From: Candidatus Bathyarchaeota archaeon
GTDB lineage: Archaea; Thermoproteota; Bathyarchaeia; Bathyarchaeales; Bathycorpusculaceae
Direction: 5' to 3'
Assembly (NCBI GenBank): GCA_963782525.1
Contig: CAWAKC010000009.1
Coordinates: 160,001 to 224,000, forward strand
DNA: 64,000 nt
Made by a program: the position numbers and the translations under genes
Notes under the pieces: generated by a model
Told to the model about the DNA's origin: nothing
Seen by the model: only the letters and a program-made list of their open reading frames with translations
Databases searched by the model: none
Shown here: in pieces, positions 1 through 8,424 of the stretch
Position numbering within the stretch: position 1 is the first letter of the stretch
How the letters are laid out: every line of letters starts with the position of its first letter

Positions 1-3
1 TTT

Positions 4-516
4 TTATTTTTGGTTTTTTGGCACCTGATGCTTTTTGCCAGACATATAATTTATATTTATTTTTCCCATGGTTGTGGATGCGAGTTTTTCAGGTTTAATC
101 TTAGATAGTTTAACCTCGGGATTGATAGAAACCTGCCGAACGAGGATTTCCATGCCGTGCCGCTTCTCGGCTAGGTCAGTGATAAGAGAAAGTGTGCCGC
201 TGAAGTGAACTGAGGTGTAAGCGTAGTCGCATTCTTCGGTGACGCCGAAGTCTAAGATTGCTTGTCCCCAAACATTCGGGTTTGCTTCTGCATAGAGGAG
301 TTTTTTACCTTCAGGGGCACAGTGGAAATAGATGCAGTTGTGGGCTTGGTCATATCCGTGGTTGAGCGCAACCAGATAGGGCTCATTGTTCATGCAGAAG
401 GCAACCGTCACATATTTCGTGTTTTTGAGTACCATCCGCATCTCATCTTGGTCGGTGATTTCCCGTTCCCTGCGCCTAACATGAAAAGACATACTTGAAA
501 TTAAGCCGCGGGGCAA
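4..516 (-). CDS. Pyridoxamine 5'-phosphate oxidase-like / NimA-family FMN-binding protein
   Basis: RRxEREI N-terminus, PYxVxLNHGY, IYFHCAxEGKK, YxSV motifs of split-barrel flavoproteins; true start probably a downstream Met (MSFHVRR). Confidence 0.8.
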   Translation of the reverse strand: MPRGLISSMSFHVRRREREITDQDEMRMVLKNTKYVTVAFCMNNEPYLVALNHGYDQAHNCIYFHCAPEGKKLLYAEANPNVWGQAILDFGVTEECDYAYTSVHFSGTLSLITDLAEKRHGMEILVRQVSINPEVKLSKIKPEKLASTTMGKININYMSGKKHQVPKNQK

Positions 517-1035
517 TTAAGTTTTTTCGCGTTTTATTTTTGTTTTTGATATTTTGTTTTTCAGGAAACCAACTATACTAGGGGTGAAGATCGAAAGCGA
601 CGCCAATAGGAAGTTTAAAGGAAAAACATATGGGGACTCGAAGAGGTTGTCGCCGTATGAGCCATTGATGTTTTGTATGTAACCAACAAATTGGAACAGT
701 GACCATCCTGCCACGTATAGTAGGGCGCCGCCGAGGCGAGCAAGATACTTCTGCTTTCGGCTTAAAGCCTCAGTTTGCAAGTTAGCGTAAAGTATTTCGC
801 CTGCGATTGCACCTGCCCCTCCTGGGAAAAATGCGTTAACCAAAACCTTCTCTACAATGTTTCCGGGTACGAAGGGTGTAACCCACCAAGGCATAAACAT
901 GCTTAAGATTGGCAGGTGAATGCTGCCTGTTGCTATCCTAATCGATGCAGGTGTGGCATAGATTAACGCGCCGCCTAACTGCCAAACCCAAAACCGCCTA
1001 TTTCGAAGCGTAGATGAGATGGCTTTTAGGAACAT
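517..1035 (-). CDS. Hypothetical multi-pass membrane protein
   Basis: 172-aa ORF with several hydrophobic segments and basic C-tail; TATA-like TTTTTAAA about 25 nt upstream on the minus strand. Confidence 0.65.
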   Translation of the reverse strand: MFLKAISSTLRNRRFWVWQLGGALIYATPASIRIATGSIHLPILSMFMPWWVTPFVPGNIVEKVLVNAFFPGGAGAIAGEILYANLQTEALSRKQKYLARLGGALLYVAGWSLFQFVGYIQNINGSYGDNLFESPYVFPLNFLLASLSIFTPSIVGFLKNKISKTKIKREKT

Positions 1036-1116
1036 AGCACAAACTAACTGTGCAAGTTTTAAAAAGCCTTTCCAAAATAAAAGTCAGTTTTGCTTGGGGG
1101 AGAAAATATAGTGTTC

Positions 1117-1200
1117 GACGGACCAAGCCATGCGCTAACATCGGTAAAGTGCAGAAGTTCGAGGGGGACACTTTATCCTTTGTTAGCAGCCAGACCCGCC
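1117..1200 (-). ncRNA. Putative structured non-coding RNA (long imperfect hairpin)
   Basis: Nested stems GGCGGGUC/GGUCCGUC, GGCU/GGCU, GCUAACA/UGUUAGC, UAAAGUG/CACUUUA; the outer stems pair only on the minus strand (G-U wobbles). Confidence 0.4.
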
Positions 1201-1303
1201 TAACGAGGGGTATTATCTTTTTGCTTGGAACATGTTAGGTTTCAATTTAATTTAAAATGATGTTGTCTCATTTTGAAGTCACAATAAAAATTTTGAGCTA
1301 TTA

Positions 1304-1449
1304 TTATACACAGAAGTGCCTGCCAGGTTTTGGACACGTGTAATTAGCCAAACGGAAAAAGCGTTTTCCATTTTCTTATCAGGTACATCAAGCTTTTTTC
1401 TACAGTTGGGGCAATTCGCCGCTAAGATGCAGTTTTGAAAATTAATCAC
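1304..1449 (-). pseudogene. Possible frameshifted small Zn-ribbon protein remnant
   Basis: CPNCRKKLDVPDKKMENAF continues as FRLANYTCPKPGRHF if one T is added to the run at 1356-1360; GGTGA upstream. Confidence 0.25.
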
Positions 1450-1780
1450 CTATGAAAGTATAATATGCAAATAACTCGGTGGAATAGTTAAAAGAATATG
1501 TGTGTACGGTCAAGCAACAACAAATAAAAAATGCATTTTACCGACGTGCCGCAATCAAACTATTTTTTTGTTCTATCAAATATGACACTTGCTCTTCAAT
1601 TATAATTTCGAACATGCGCGTTGGCATACGCATTCAGTTTTTAGGTTTCCGTTGCTGAATGTCCCACGGAAATGGGTATGTTATTTTTGGTCTAACGCAT
1701 CAAAAATTTTCAACTGTACAGATATGCCTTTAAGCATCATTTCTGAGGTTTTTGTGGATTAAAATTGTGTTGATGACCTG

Positions 1781-4345
1781 ATGCGAGATATTGATGTTGA
1801 CTCGATAACAGGCCTCTCTAGCATGGAGGTATCCCGCAAGTTACAAGAGGAAGGTTACAACGAATTGCCTTCGTCTGGAAAACGAGGCATCTTAAGAATA
1901 GTTTTCAGTGTATTTAAAGAACCCATTTTTTTGCTTTTGGTCGCAAGCGGCAGCCTCTACTTTCTACTGGGCGAAGTCACTGAAGGCATTGTGCTTTTGA
2001 GTTTTGTCTTCGTCATCATCGGCATCACAGTTTATCAGGAACAAAAAACCGAAAACGCATTAGATGCTCTAAAAAACCTCTCCAGCCCCAGAGCATTAGT
2101 AATTAGGGATGGCGTGCAAAAGAGGATTCCTGGCCGAGAAGTTGTTTCAGGAGACATACTTATCCTGTCAGAAGGTGACCGCGTACCTGCCGATTGCCTC
2201 CTGTTAACATGTAATAACCTGATGGTTGATGAGGCGCTTCTCACGGGCGAATCTGTTCCAGTCCGTAAAGTTGCGTGGGATGGTGTGGAACAAACCTATC
2301 GTGCGGGTGGCGACGATTTACCCTTCGCTTACTCTGGAACATTGATTATTCAGGGTCAAGCAATTGCTGAAGTGAAGAGCACCGGACCAAAAACTGAAAT
2401 GGGAAAAATTGGGGCTGTTTTGCAAAAGGTAGAGCGGGATGAAACCAGGCTAAAGAAAGAAATTAGCCACATAGTTCGAAACAGCGCAATAGTGGGTCTC
2501 AGTTTATGTGCAATTATAATTGTTGTTTACGGCTTTACCCGTCTTGACTGGATTGACGGCTTCTTAGCTGGAATAACTTTGGCGATGGCTATTTTGCCTG
2601 AAGAGTTTCCAGTAGTTCTTACCATTTTCTTAGCTTTGGGCGCATGGCGCATGTCAAAGAAAAATGTGCTTACAAGACAGGTCCATGCAATTGAGAACTT
2701 GGGCGGCGCAACAGTTCTTTGTGTTGACAAAACAGGAACCTTAACACAGAATAAAATGTCTGTTCACAAATTATTTTCCAACGGCAAAGTATGCGAAATA
2801 GAATCATCTATGAAGTTGCCCCCAGATTTCTGCCACGAACTAGTCGAATTTAGCGTTCTAGCGTGTAAAGAAGATCCGTTTGACCCGATGGAGAAAGCAA
2901 TAAAAAGCTTCACCGAAGGCGAGTTCGCCAAAACCGAGCATGTGCATGACGACTGGCAGTTGGTGCAGGAATATCCACTTTCTCAGAAACTATTGGCTAT
3001 GTCTAATGTTTGGATATCGCCAAGCGGAGAAGATTATATGATAGCCGCGAAAGGTGCACCAGAAGCCATCGTAGACCTTTGCCATTTCGACGCGGCACAA
3101 GCTAGAGAGCTATCAGTTCATATTCAAGCGATGGCGCAAGAAGGTCTAAGAGTGCTCGGCGTAGCAAAGGCATCATTCAAAAAAACTGACCTGCCGCATG
3201 AACAACACGATTTCGTTTTCAGCTTTTTGGGGCTCATTGGATTTGCTGACCCCGTTAGACCGAATGTTATGGGAGCCGTAAAGGAATGTTACAGTGCAGG
3301 CATCCGCGTAGTTATGATTACTGGCGACTACCCTTTAACTGCACAAAACATCGGTCGACAAATAGGGCTTAGGAATCCAGAAAACTGTATCACAGGACTT
3401 GAACTAGACCAAATGTCAGATGAAGCCCTAAAAGGACGCATTAGGGATGTTAACATTTTTGCTCGGGTAGTTCCTGAACAGAAACTTCGAATAGTAAACG
3501 CCTTCAAAAGCGTCGGAGAAGTTGTAGCAATGACAGGCGACGGCGTTAACGATGCGCCTGCTCTTAAATCAGCAAATATTGGAATCGCAATGGGTGGAAG
3601 GGGCACCGATGTTGCAAGGGAATCTGCTTCTATGGTGCTTTTGGATGATGATTTTACCTCTATTGTCAGCGGCGTACGAATGGGCCGCAGAATATACGAC
3701 AACCTAAAGAAAGCCATAGCCTACATCTTTTCAATTCACATACCCATCGCCGGCATGTCAGTTATTCCGGTGCTGTTTGGATGGCCGCTAATTCTGCTAC
3801 CCCTGCACATTGTCTTTTTAGAATTGATCATTGACCCAGCATGCTCAGTGGTTTTTGAAACGGAAGGTGAAGAAGCCAACATAATGACACGAAAGCCCCG
3901 CAGCATGGATAAGAAACTCTTCAACAGAGAGGCAGTTGTGGTTGCGTTCCTTCAGGGCTTTGTGGTTCTGCTAATCGTAGCCCTCATATTCGTAACTTCA
4001 ATTAACCAGGGACTTGGCGAGCAAACCGCTCGAACAATGGCTTTCGCAACCATAGTTACCGCAAACTTGGCGTTAATTTTGGCAAACCGTTCTTGGGCTC
4101 ATACAATCATCGGGACCCTGCGAAAACCCAACAAAGCATTCTGGTGGATACTTGCCATCGCAACAGTTGCGCTTATCGTCGTCATATATGTACCGCAACT
4201 AAGCGGTCTCTTCAACTTTAGCCCTTTAAACCCAATGAACCTCTTAATCAGTATAGGCGCAGGAATATCCAGCATAATATGGTTCGAAATCTACAAGGCC
4301 ACTAAAATCTTTAGAAGCAGGAAGAATTCAAAAATAATTGAATAA
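1781..4345 (+). CDS. Cation-transporting P-type ATPase (type II, Ca2+-like)
   Basis: TGES, PEEF, DKTGTLT, KGAPE, TGD, GDGVNDAPAL motifs; membrane segments at both ends. Confidence 0.93.
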   Translation: MRDIDVDSITGLSSMEVSRKLQEEGYNELPSSGKRGILRIVFSVFKEPIFLLLVASGSLYFLLGEVTEGIVLLSFVFVIIGITVYQEQKTENALDALKNLSSPRALVIRDGVQKRIPGREVVSGDILILSEGDRVPADCLLLTCNNLMVDEALLTGESVPVRKVAWDGVEQTYRAGGDDLPFAYSGTLIIQGQAIAEVKSTGPKTEMGKIGAVLQKVERDETRLKKEISHIVRNSAIVGLSLCAIIIVVYGFTRLDWIDGFLAGITLAMAILPEEFPVVLTIFLALGAWRMSKKNVLTRQVHAIENLGGATVLCVDKTGTLTQNKMSVHKLFSNGKVCEIESSMKLPPDFCHELVEFSVLACKEDPFDPMEKAIKSFTEGEFAKTEHVHDDWQLVQEYPLSQKLLAMSNVWISPSGEDYMIAAKGAPEAIVDLCHFDAAQARELSVHIQAMAQEGLRVLGVAKASFKKTDLPHEQHDFVFSFLGLIGFADPVRPNVMGAVKECYSAGIRVVMITGDYPLTAQNIGRQIGLRNPENCITGLELDQMSDEALKGRIRDVNIFARVVPEQKLRIVNAFKSVGEVVAMTGDGVNDAPALKSANIGIAMGGRGTDVARESASMVLLDDDFTSIVSGVRMGRRIYDNLKKAIAYIFSIHIPIAGMSVIPVLFGWPLILLPLHIVFLELIIDPACSVVFETEGEEANIMTRKPRSMDKKLFNREAVVVAFLQGFVVLLIVALIFVTSINQGLGEQTARTMAFATIVTANLALILANRSWAHTIIGTLRKPNKAFWWILAIATVALIVVIYVPQLSGLFNFSPLNPMNLLISIGAGISSIIWFEIYKATKIFRSRKNSKIIE

Positions 4346-4476
4346 CCCTAATTGAAAATGCCCACTAACAGCTTATTCATGAACCTATTTGGTCACCAAT
4401 AGTGGGTTCACTACAGAAACCTAATAGGGTCAGTGCAATGGAATTTTCTACTGTCAATGATATGTTAAAAAAGGTT

Positions 4477-5424
4477 TCAGGGTCTGTATCCGCTAAGGGT
4501 ACTAAGTGCTAATGCTGCGGCAGTTAAATCTGCGGTTGTGCCTGGGTTGCAGGAGTTGCCTTTTGAGCGAAGTTTTTTGTCGAATTCTTTGAGACTTTTT
4601 TTTCCTTTAGACGTTTCTAAGCCGCCTAGTTCAAGTATGGATTTGGCCTCAGAGGAAACCTCACGAGCTTTTTCTTTTCCAACTTTTCGAGCGATGAATG
4701 TGTCTGGGCGTTCGGATAGGATTTTTAAAAAAGTGTGAACTACTCCCGTGTTTAGGGGTTTGCTTTCAAGCTGAGCTTTCAGGTAAGGGTAGGCTAATTC
4801 GAAGGTTATCGGGTAGTTGTTGACCCATTCGTAGCATATGTCGTCGTACGCTGAGGCAAGCTTGAAAACTTCAAACAACCTCACGTTTTCTTTGAGTAGC
4901 CGCTCTTTGGATGCTGGATCGGTGACGTCGAGGTCTGGTGCATCACCAAGTCCGCTGGGGTTGGCAATGCCAACGGCTTCGTAGAGGTGAACAGAATCCC
5001 ATGCAGAGCTGGATTTGACGACCAAATCAATGTTCTGTCGCAATTTTTTGAAATCAAAAACGTAGCCTTTCTTTGGCAGCGTCATGCCAGCGGCCACAGC
5101 GATGGGAACAAACAGCATAACCGTACCGAGAATGGTGTTTCCACCCTTCTGCCAAGCATTAACATCCACCGCACAATCCTTAATGAGTTGGCCCAACCCA
5201 ACCTTGCCGACATCAAGCCGCTTCTCCGCTACTGCCGTACCAAGATAAGCCGCCTCCTGAAAAGTCGATGAGGCGGCAACCGCAGAAGCTAAAAAATGCT
5301 CCACCCTCGTCTTCTCAAAGCTTGCGGTGAAACTTACGTTGCCTGGTTTTTGGCTGCTGACTTCCAGCAAAATCGCCAATTGCAGGCATTTGGATATGTG
5401 TTTTGCTTTTTCGCAGTTGCTCAT
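4477..5424 (-). CDS. citG: Triphosphoribosyl-dephospho-CoA synthase family protein (archaeal CitG-like)
   Basis: LEV...KPGNV, NTxLG, DTFIARK, NPGTTADL motifs. Confidence 0.85.
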   Translation of the reverse strand: MSNCEKAKHISKCLQLAILLEVSSQKPGNVSFTASFEKTRVEHFLASAVAASSTFQEAAYLGTAVAEKRLDVGKVGLGQLIKDCAVDVNAWQKGGNTILGTVMLFVPIAVAAGMTLPKKGYVFDFKKLRQNIDLVVKSSSAWDSVHLYEAVGIANPSGLGDAPDLDVTDPASKERLLKENVRLFEVFKLASAYDDICYEWVNNYPITFELAYPYLKAQLESKPLNTGVVHTFLKILSERPDTFIARKVGKEKAREVSSEAKSILELGGLETSKGKKSLKEFDKKLRSKGNSCNPGTTADLTAAALALSTLSGYRP

Positions 5425-5487
5425 TTGAATGTGCTCTGGTATTGTGGCTTAAAGAAGGTTTATTAAAGTTTTGAAAACTACAAGCTT

Positions 5488-6519
5488 TTGATTTGTATGA
5501 AAGCACGCGAGGGCGATTTGATCAAAACCAAGAGCCAAGTGGTTTTTGACGTTAAAGGCTTAGTTCATCCACCCAACAAAGTTATTGCGTTCCCTCGCTT
5601 TATTCCCTCGCCGCAAGGCACAAGGCAAGGCAAGGATGCACTTTACGGCAAAGTCTACAGCCTAGGCGACCGCTTCAAGTACCTGCAAGAAAACCATCCT
5701 GACCTCATCGTTTTTGACCCGGTTTTCGGCGAAACAATGTGTGAAGTGACAGTTGACCAAATCGCTGAGCACTACCAACCACCCGAAAAACTTTCTTCTC
5801 TGCGCACAGCCAAAAACCCGAATATCCTAGAGAGCAAAGCGCTGCATCTGGCAACAACGTTAAAGGAAAAATCTGGCATTCCCTGGAGCGCAATCGGCAT
5901 CTCTGGCTCGATAATGGCTGGATTAACCACCGAGAAATCAGACATCGACCCCCTGGTTTATGGCATGGAAAACAGCTGCAAAGCCTATGCAGCGCTAAAA
6001 GAATTGCGAAAAACCGAGGGTTCAGGCTTCAAACCCTACAGCAAAGCAGAGCTTCAGACGCTCTTCGACTTCCGTTCGAAGGATACCGAGATGAACTTCG
6101 AAGACTTCATCTCTGTCGAAAGCCGCAAAGCATTCCAAGGCATGTTCATGGGAACCGACTACTTCATCCGCTTCGTGAAGGACTGGAACGAAACAAACGA
6201 GCAGTATGGCGACGTGTGCTACAAGAACAGCGGATATGCAAAAATAATTGCCAACATCGCTGACAGTTCCGATGCACTATTTACGCCCTGCACTTATAAA
6301 CTCAAAGATGTCTCAGTTATTGAAGGACCCAAACTTACGCGAATAACTGAAATCGTTTCTTTCCGTGGAAGGTTCTGTGAACAAGCAACGGTTGATGAAA
6401 AAATTGAAGCACAGGGCAAAGTCGAACTCGTAACTGATAACAAAACAGGCGAAACGCATTACCGACTTATCATCGGGGGCAAACCTACAGATTACATGGT
6501 TATCAAATTCCAAAGTTAA
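5488..6519 (+). CDS. Predicted Pol-beta-superfamily nucleotidyltransferase (COG1665-like), paralog 1
   Basis: EGDL...FDVKGxxHP, GISGS...SDID motif, SFRGRFCEQA C-terminal region; likely ATG at 5497. Confidence 0.8.
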   Translation: MICMKAREGDLIKTKSQVVFDVKGLVHPPNKVIAFPRFIPSPQGTRQGKDALYGKVYSLGDRFKYLQENHPDLIVFDPVFGETMCEVTVDQIAEHYQPPEKLSSLRTAKNPNILESKALHLATTLKEKSGIPWSAIGISGSIMAGLTTEKSDIDPLVYGMENSCKAYAALKELRKTEGSGFKPYSKAELQTLFDFRSKDTEMNFEDFISVESRKAFQGMFMGTDYFIRFVKDWNETNEQYGDVCYKNSGYAKIIANIADSSDALFTPCTYKLKDVSVIEGPKLTRITEIVSFRGRFCEQATVDEKIEAQGKVELVTDNKTGETHYRLIIGGKPTDYMVIKFQS

Positions 6520-6593
6520 CCCAACAATTCTAAAAGTTCTAATATCGATGGAAAACAATACGCTTAAAAAATAGGTCAATAGTGATTAGGCGC

Positions 6594-6728
6594 TTAGAAG
6601 CGCCTCAACTGATTTTTTGTGTGGTCCCTAACTTGCATCGCTTTCCTTTTAGCCATTGTACACTTAACAAAAGCAGCTACCAAAGAACTTGCACCGAAGA
6701 CTTGAATGCTTAGAGCTACTATGTCCAT
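6594..6728 (-). CDS. Unannotated 44-aa small membrane peptide (MDIVALSIQVFGASSLVAAFVKCTMAKRKAMQVRDHTKNQLRRF)
   Basis: GGTGA Shine-Dalgarno 6 nt before ATG; hydrophobic N-half and basic C-half. Confidence 0.5.
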   Translation of the reverse strand: MDIVALSIQVFGASSLVAAFVKCTMAKRKAMQVRDHTKNQLRRF

Positions 6729-6746
6729 GCATTATCACCGTTTGAC

Positions 6747-6878
6747 TTAGTAGTTCCCATCGTTTAAGTTGGCAGTTATTGCACTAACTTTCTTTGCTAC
6801 ATATATTTCAAATGCCAAGGTGCCAATCGCACTTGCGATGACACTCAAACCGACTATTATTAGGCTAAACATTTTCAT
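6747..6878 (-). CDS. Unannotated 43-aa small membrane peptide (MKMFSLIIVGLSVIASAIGTLAFEIYVAKKVSAITANLNDGNY)
   Basis: AGGTGA Shine-Dalgarno just before ATG; one clear TM helix; TATA-like TTTATA upstream. Confidence 0.55.
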   Translation of the reverse strand: MKMFSLIIVGLSVIASAIGTLAFEIYVAKKVSAITANLNDGNY

Positions 6879-6925
6879 ATGTCACCTTTTAGTTACAACA
6901 GACAAACGCTCAATCAAATATAAAT

Positions 6926-6960
6926 ATAGTTATGACTTGTTCATAATTTATCATAACTAT
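6926..6960. promoter_or_regulatory. Nested inverted repeat, candidate operator
   Basis: ATAGTTATGA-N15-TCATAACTAT perfect 10-bp IR, with inner TTATGA-N5-TCATAA, directly upstream of a minus-strand TATA. Confidence 0.5.
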
Positions 6961-7037
6961 TGAAATAATGAAGAGCAAAAACAATTATTTCTAAACAATC
7001 AAATAGTTCGAGATTGAACTCCCACAACAATTATTTT

Positions 7038-7233
7038 TGAAGGAACAACTAATCGGATTCTCGTTCTATCTGTTGATATGAGTTCCTGTTGAACAAGCAA
7101 CATTTGATGAAAAAATTGAGGCACAGGGCAAAGTCGAACTCGTAACTGATAACAAAAACAGTTCAAACGAATATACCGATTAATTATTGTCAGTAAACCG
7201 TCGGATTACATGGTGCTTAAACATTCGATCTAA
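7038..7233 (+). pseudogene. Decayed duplicate of the 3' end of the 5488-6519 nucleotidyltransferase gene
   Basis: 37 identical nt (7121-7157 = 6409-6445) plus flanking similarity through gattacatggt; indels break the frame. Confidence 0.85.
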
Positions 7234-7261
7234 AAGCAACCCAAATCTGAAACTATTCAAT

Positions 7262-7332
7262 AGAAGTTGTTGTTGCTGCTGCTGCAACCCATTCCCACCA
7301 CCAATAGTTGCAACAATTAACCCAAACGAAGT
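7262..7332. repeat. Dispersed intergenic element, copy 1
   Basis: AGAAGTTGTTGTTGCTGCTGC..AAC-spacer-GTTGCAACAA..AACCCAAA, shared with 27536-27614. Confidence 0.7.
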
Positions 7333-7350
7333 CTAATTCTTCAATTTGAG

Positions 7351-8424
7351 TCAGTGTAATACTTTTAGAACCTGTTCGTAGTAACGTGGACAATAAGTCA
7401 ATGTAGCTTGCCAAAAGCTCCCCGTGGAAGACTCGACTTCTTCTAGGTTACCCTCAACAATAACGATTTCATCTTTTTGTGCCTGCTGACGGAACTCTTC
7501 CATGTAACTATAAATCCGCGTTACCTCAAGCGCCTCTTTAGGACCGCTTAGAACTTCTAAGGGTTCTATGCCGTAGATTGATGGAATAAAAGGCGATTCA
7601 TCGTCCGCCGTAATTTTGGCTTTTAATTTAACCCAGCCCTTCTGCTTTATCCGGCATTGAGGGTCATATTCTGACTTGATTTCGCTCCACCCCTTCACCG
7701 GCTCAAACTCAGCTTTGATAACTCTACCACTATTCGCCGTATCATCGTAAAGCCCATAAATCATCTTGCGGCGTTGATGCCAAACAAAATCTTTAACATC
7801 AAAATTCTTGAAACGCCAGTCTTTCCCTTTCATGGCGTCTAATGATTCGAACTCGTTTCGCAAACCAGAACTGCTGTCAGCGTATAGTTGTACCATTGTC
7901 TTGCACATTTTGGCGTTTTCTGTTTTGCCGTAAATTGTGAAGTCGATATCTGAAAACTTTGGGTGATGAAAGCCATGTAGCATTGAACCGAAAACTCCGA
8001 AGCTTTCGGCTGAAACTCCTGATTTTCCAGTCGCAATGCCTAAGACACGCTCCATTGCAGCCAATAAGGGGTCGATTGGTCCTGCCTTGAGAAGTTCTTG
8101 GAGACGCGGTTGCGGTTGTCGTGGTTCGGCGATTAGTTTTTGGGGCACGCCGACGATTTTTAATCCAAGCATTTCATGGTTGATGAGGTATTGGGGATAT
8201 TTTTTGGCGACGATTTTCATGCCTTCGTCGTTGTAGAACTTGTAGAAGAGCTCACTTCTGCCTTCTCTGGGTGCTCTTGGGTCTGTTGAATGAAAAATTT
8301 TTGAGCTGGCATATTCGGCGTCGCAGATATATGCGTTTTTAGGGTGGCTGTAGCCGAAGACCCGGAAAATCAAGCCTTCCGCCGTTTGGATGGCGTCACG
8401 GTCGCGTAGTTTTACAATGGCCAT
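7351..8424 (-). CDS. Predicted nucleotidyltransferase (COG1665-like), paralog 2
   Basis: RDRD...[14 protein letters not shown]...[15 protein letters not shown]. Confidence 0.8.
   Translation of the reverse strand: MAIVKLRDRDAIQTAEGLIFRVFGYSHPKNAYICDAEYASSKIFHSTDPRAPREGRSELFYKFYNDEGMKIVAKKYPQYLINHEMLGLKIVGVPQKLIAEPRQPQPRLQELLKAGPIDPLLAAMERVLGIATGKSGVSAESFGVFGSMLHGFHHPKFSDIDFTIYGKTENAKMCKTMVQLYADSSSGLRNEFESLDAMKGKDWRFKNFDVKDFVWHQRRKMIYGLYDDTANSGRVIKAEFEPVKGWSEIKSEYDPQCRIKQKGWVKLKAKITADDESPFIPSIYGIEPLEVLSGPKEALEVTRIYSYMEEFRQQAQKDEIVIVEGNLEEVESSTGSFWQATLTYCPRYYEQVLKVLH

Noticed and set aside
1050-1238. 62-aa plus-strand ORF
   Set aside because: No motif or RBS; overlaps a promoter and the hairpin, so better explained as non-coding
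4346-4476. Short inverted repeats between the convergent ATPase and citG
   Set aside because: Imperfect; at most terminator-like, not distinctive
6769-6963. 64-aa plus-strand ORF
   Set aside because: Antisense shadow of the minus-strand micro-ORF that has RBS and promoter support
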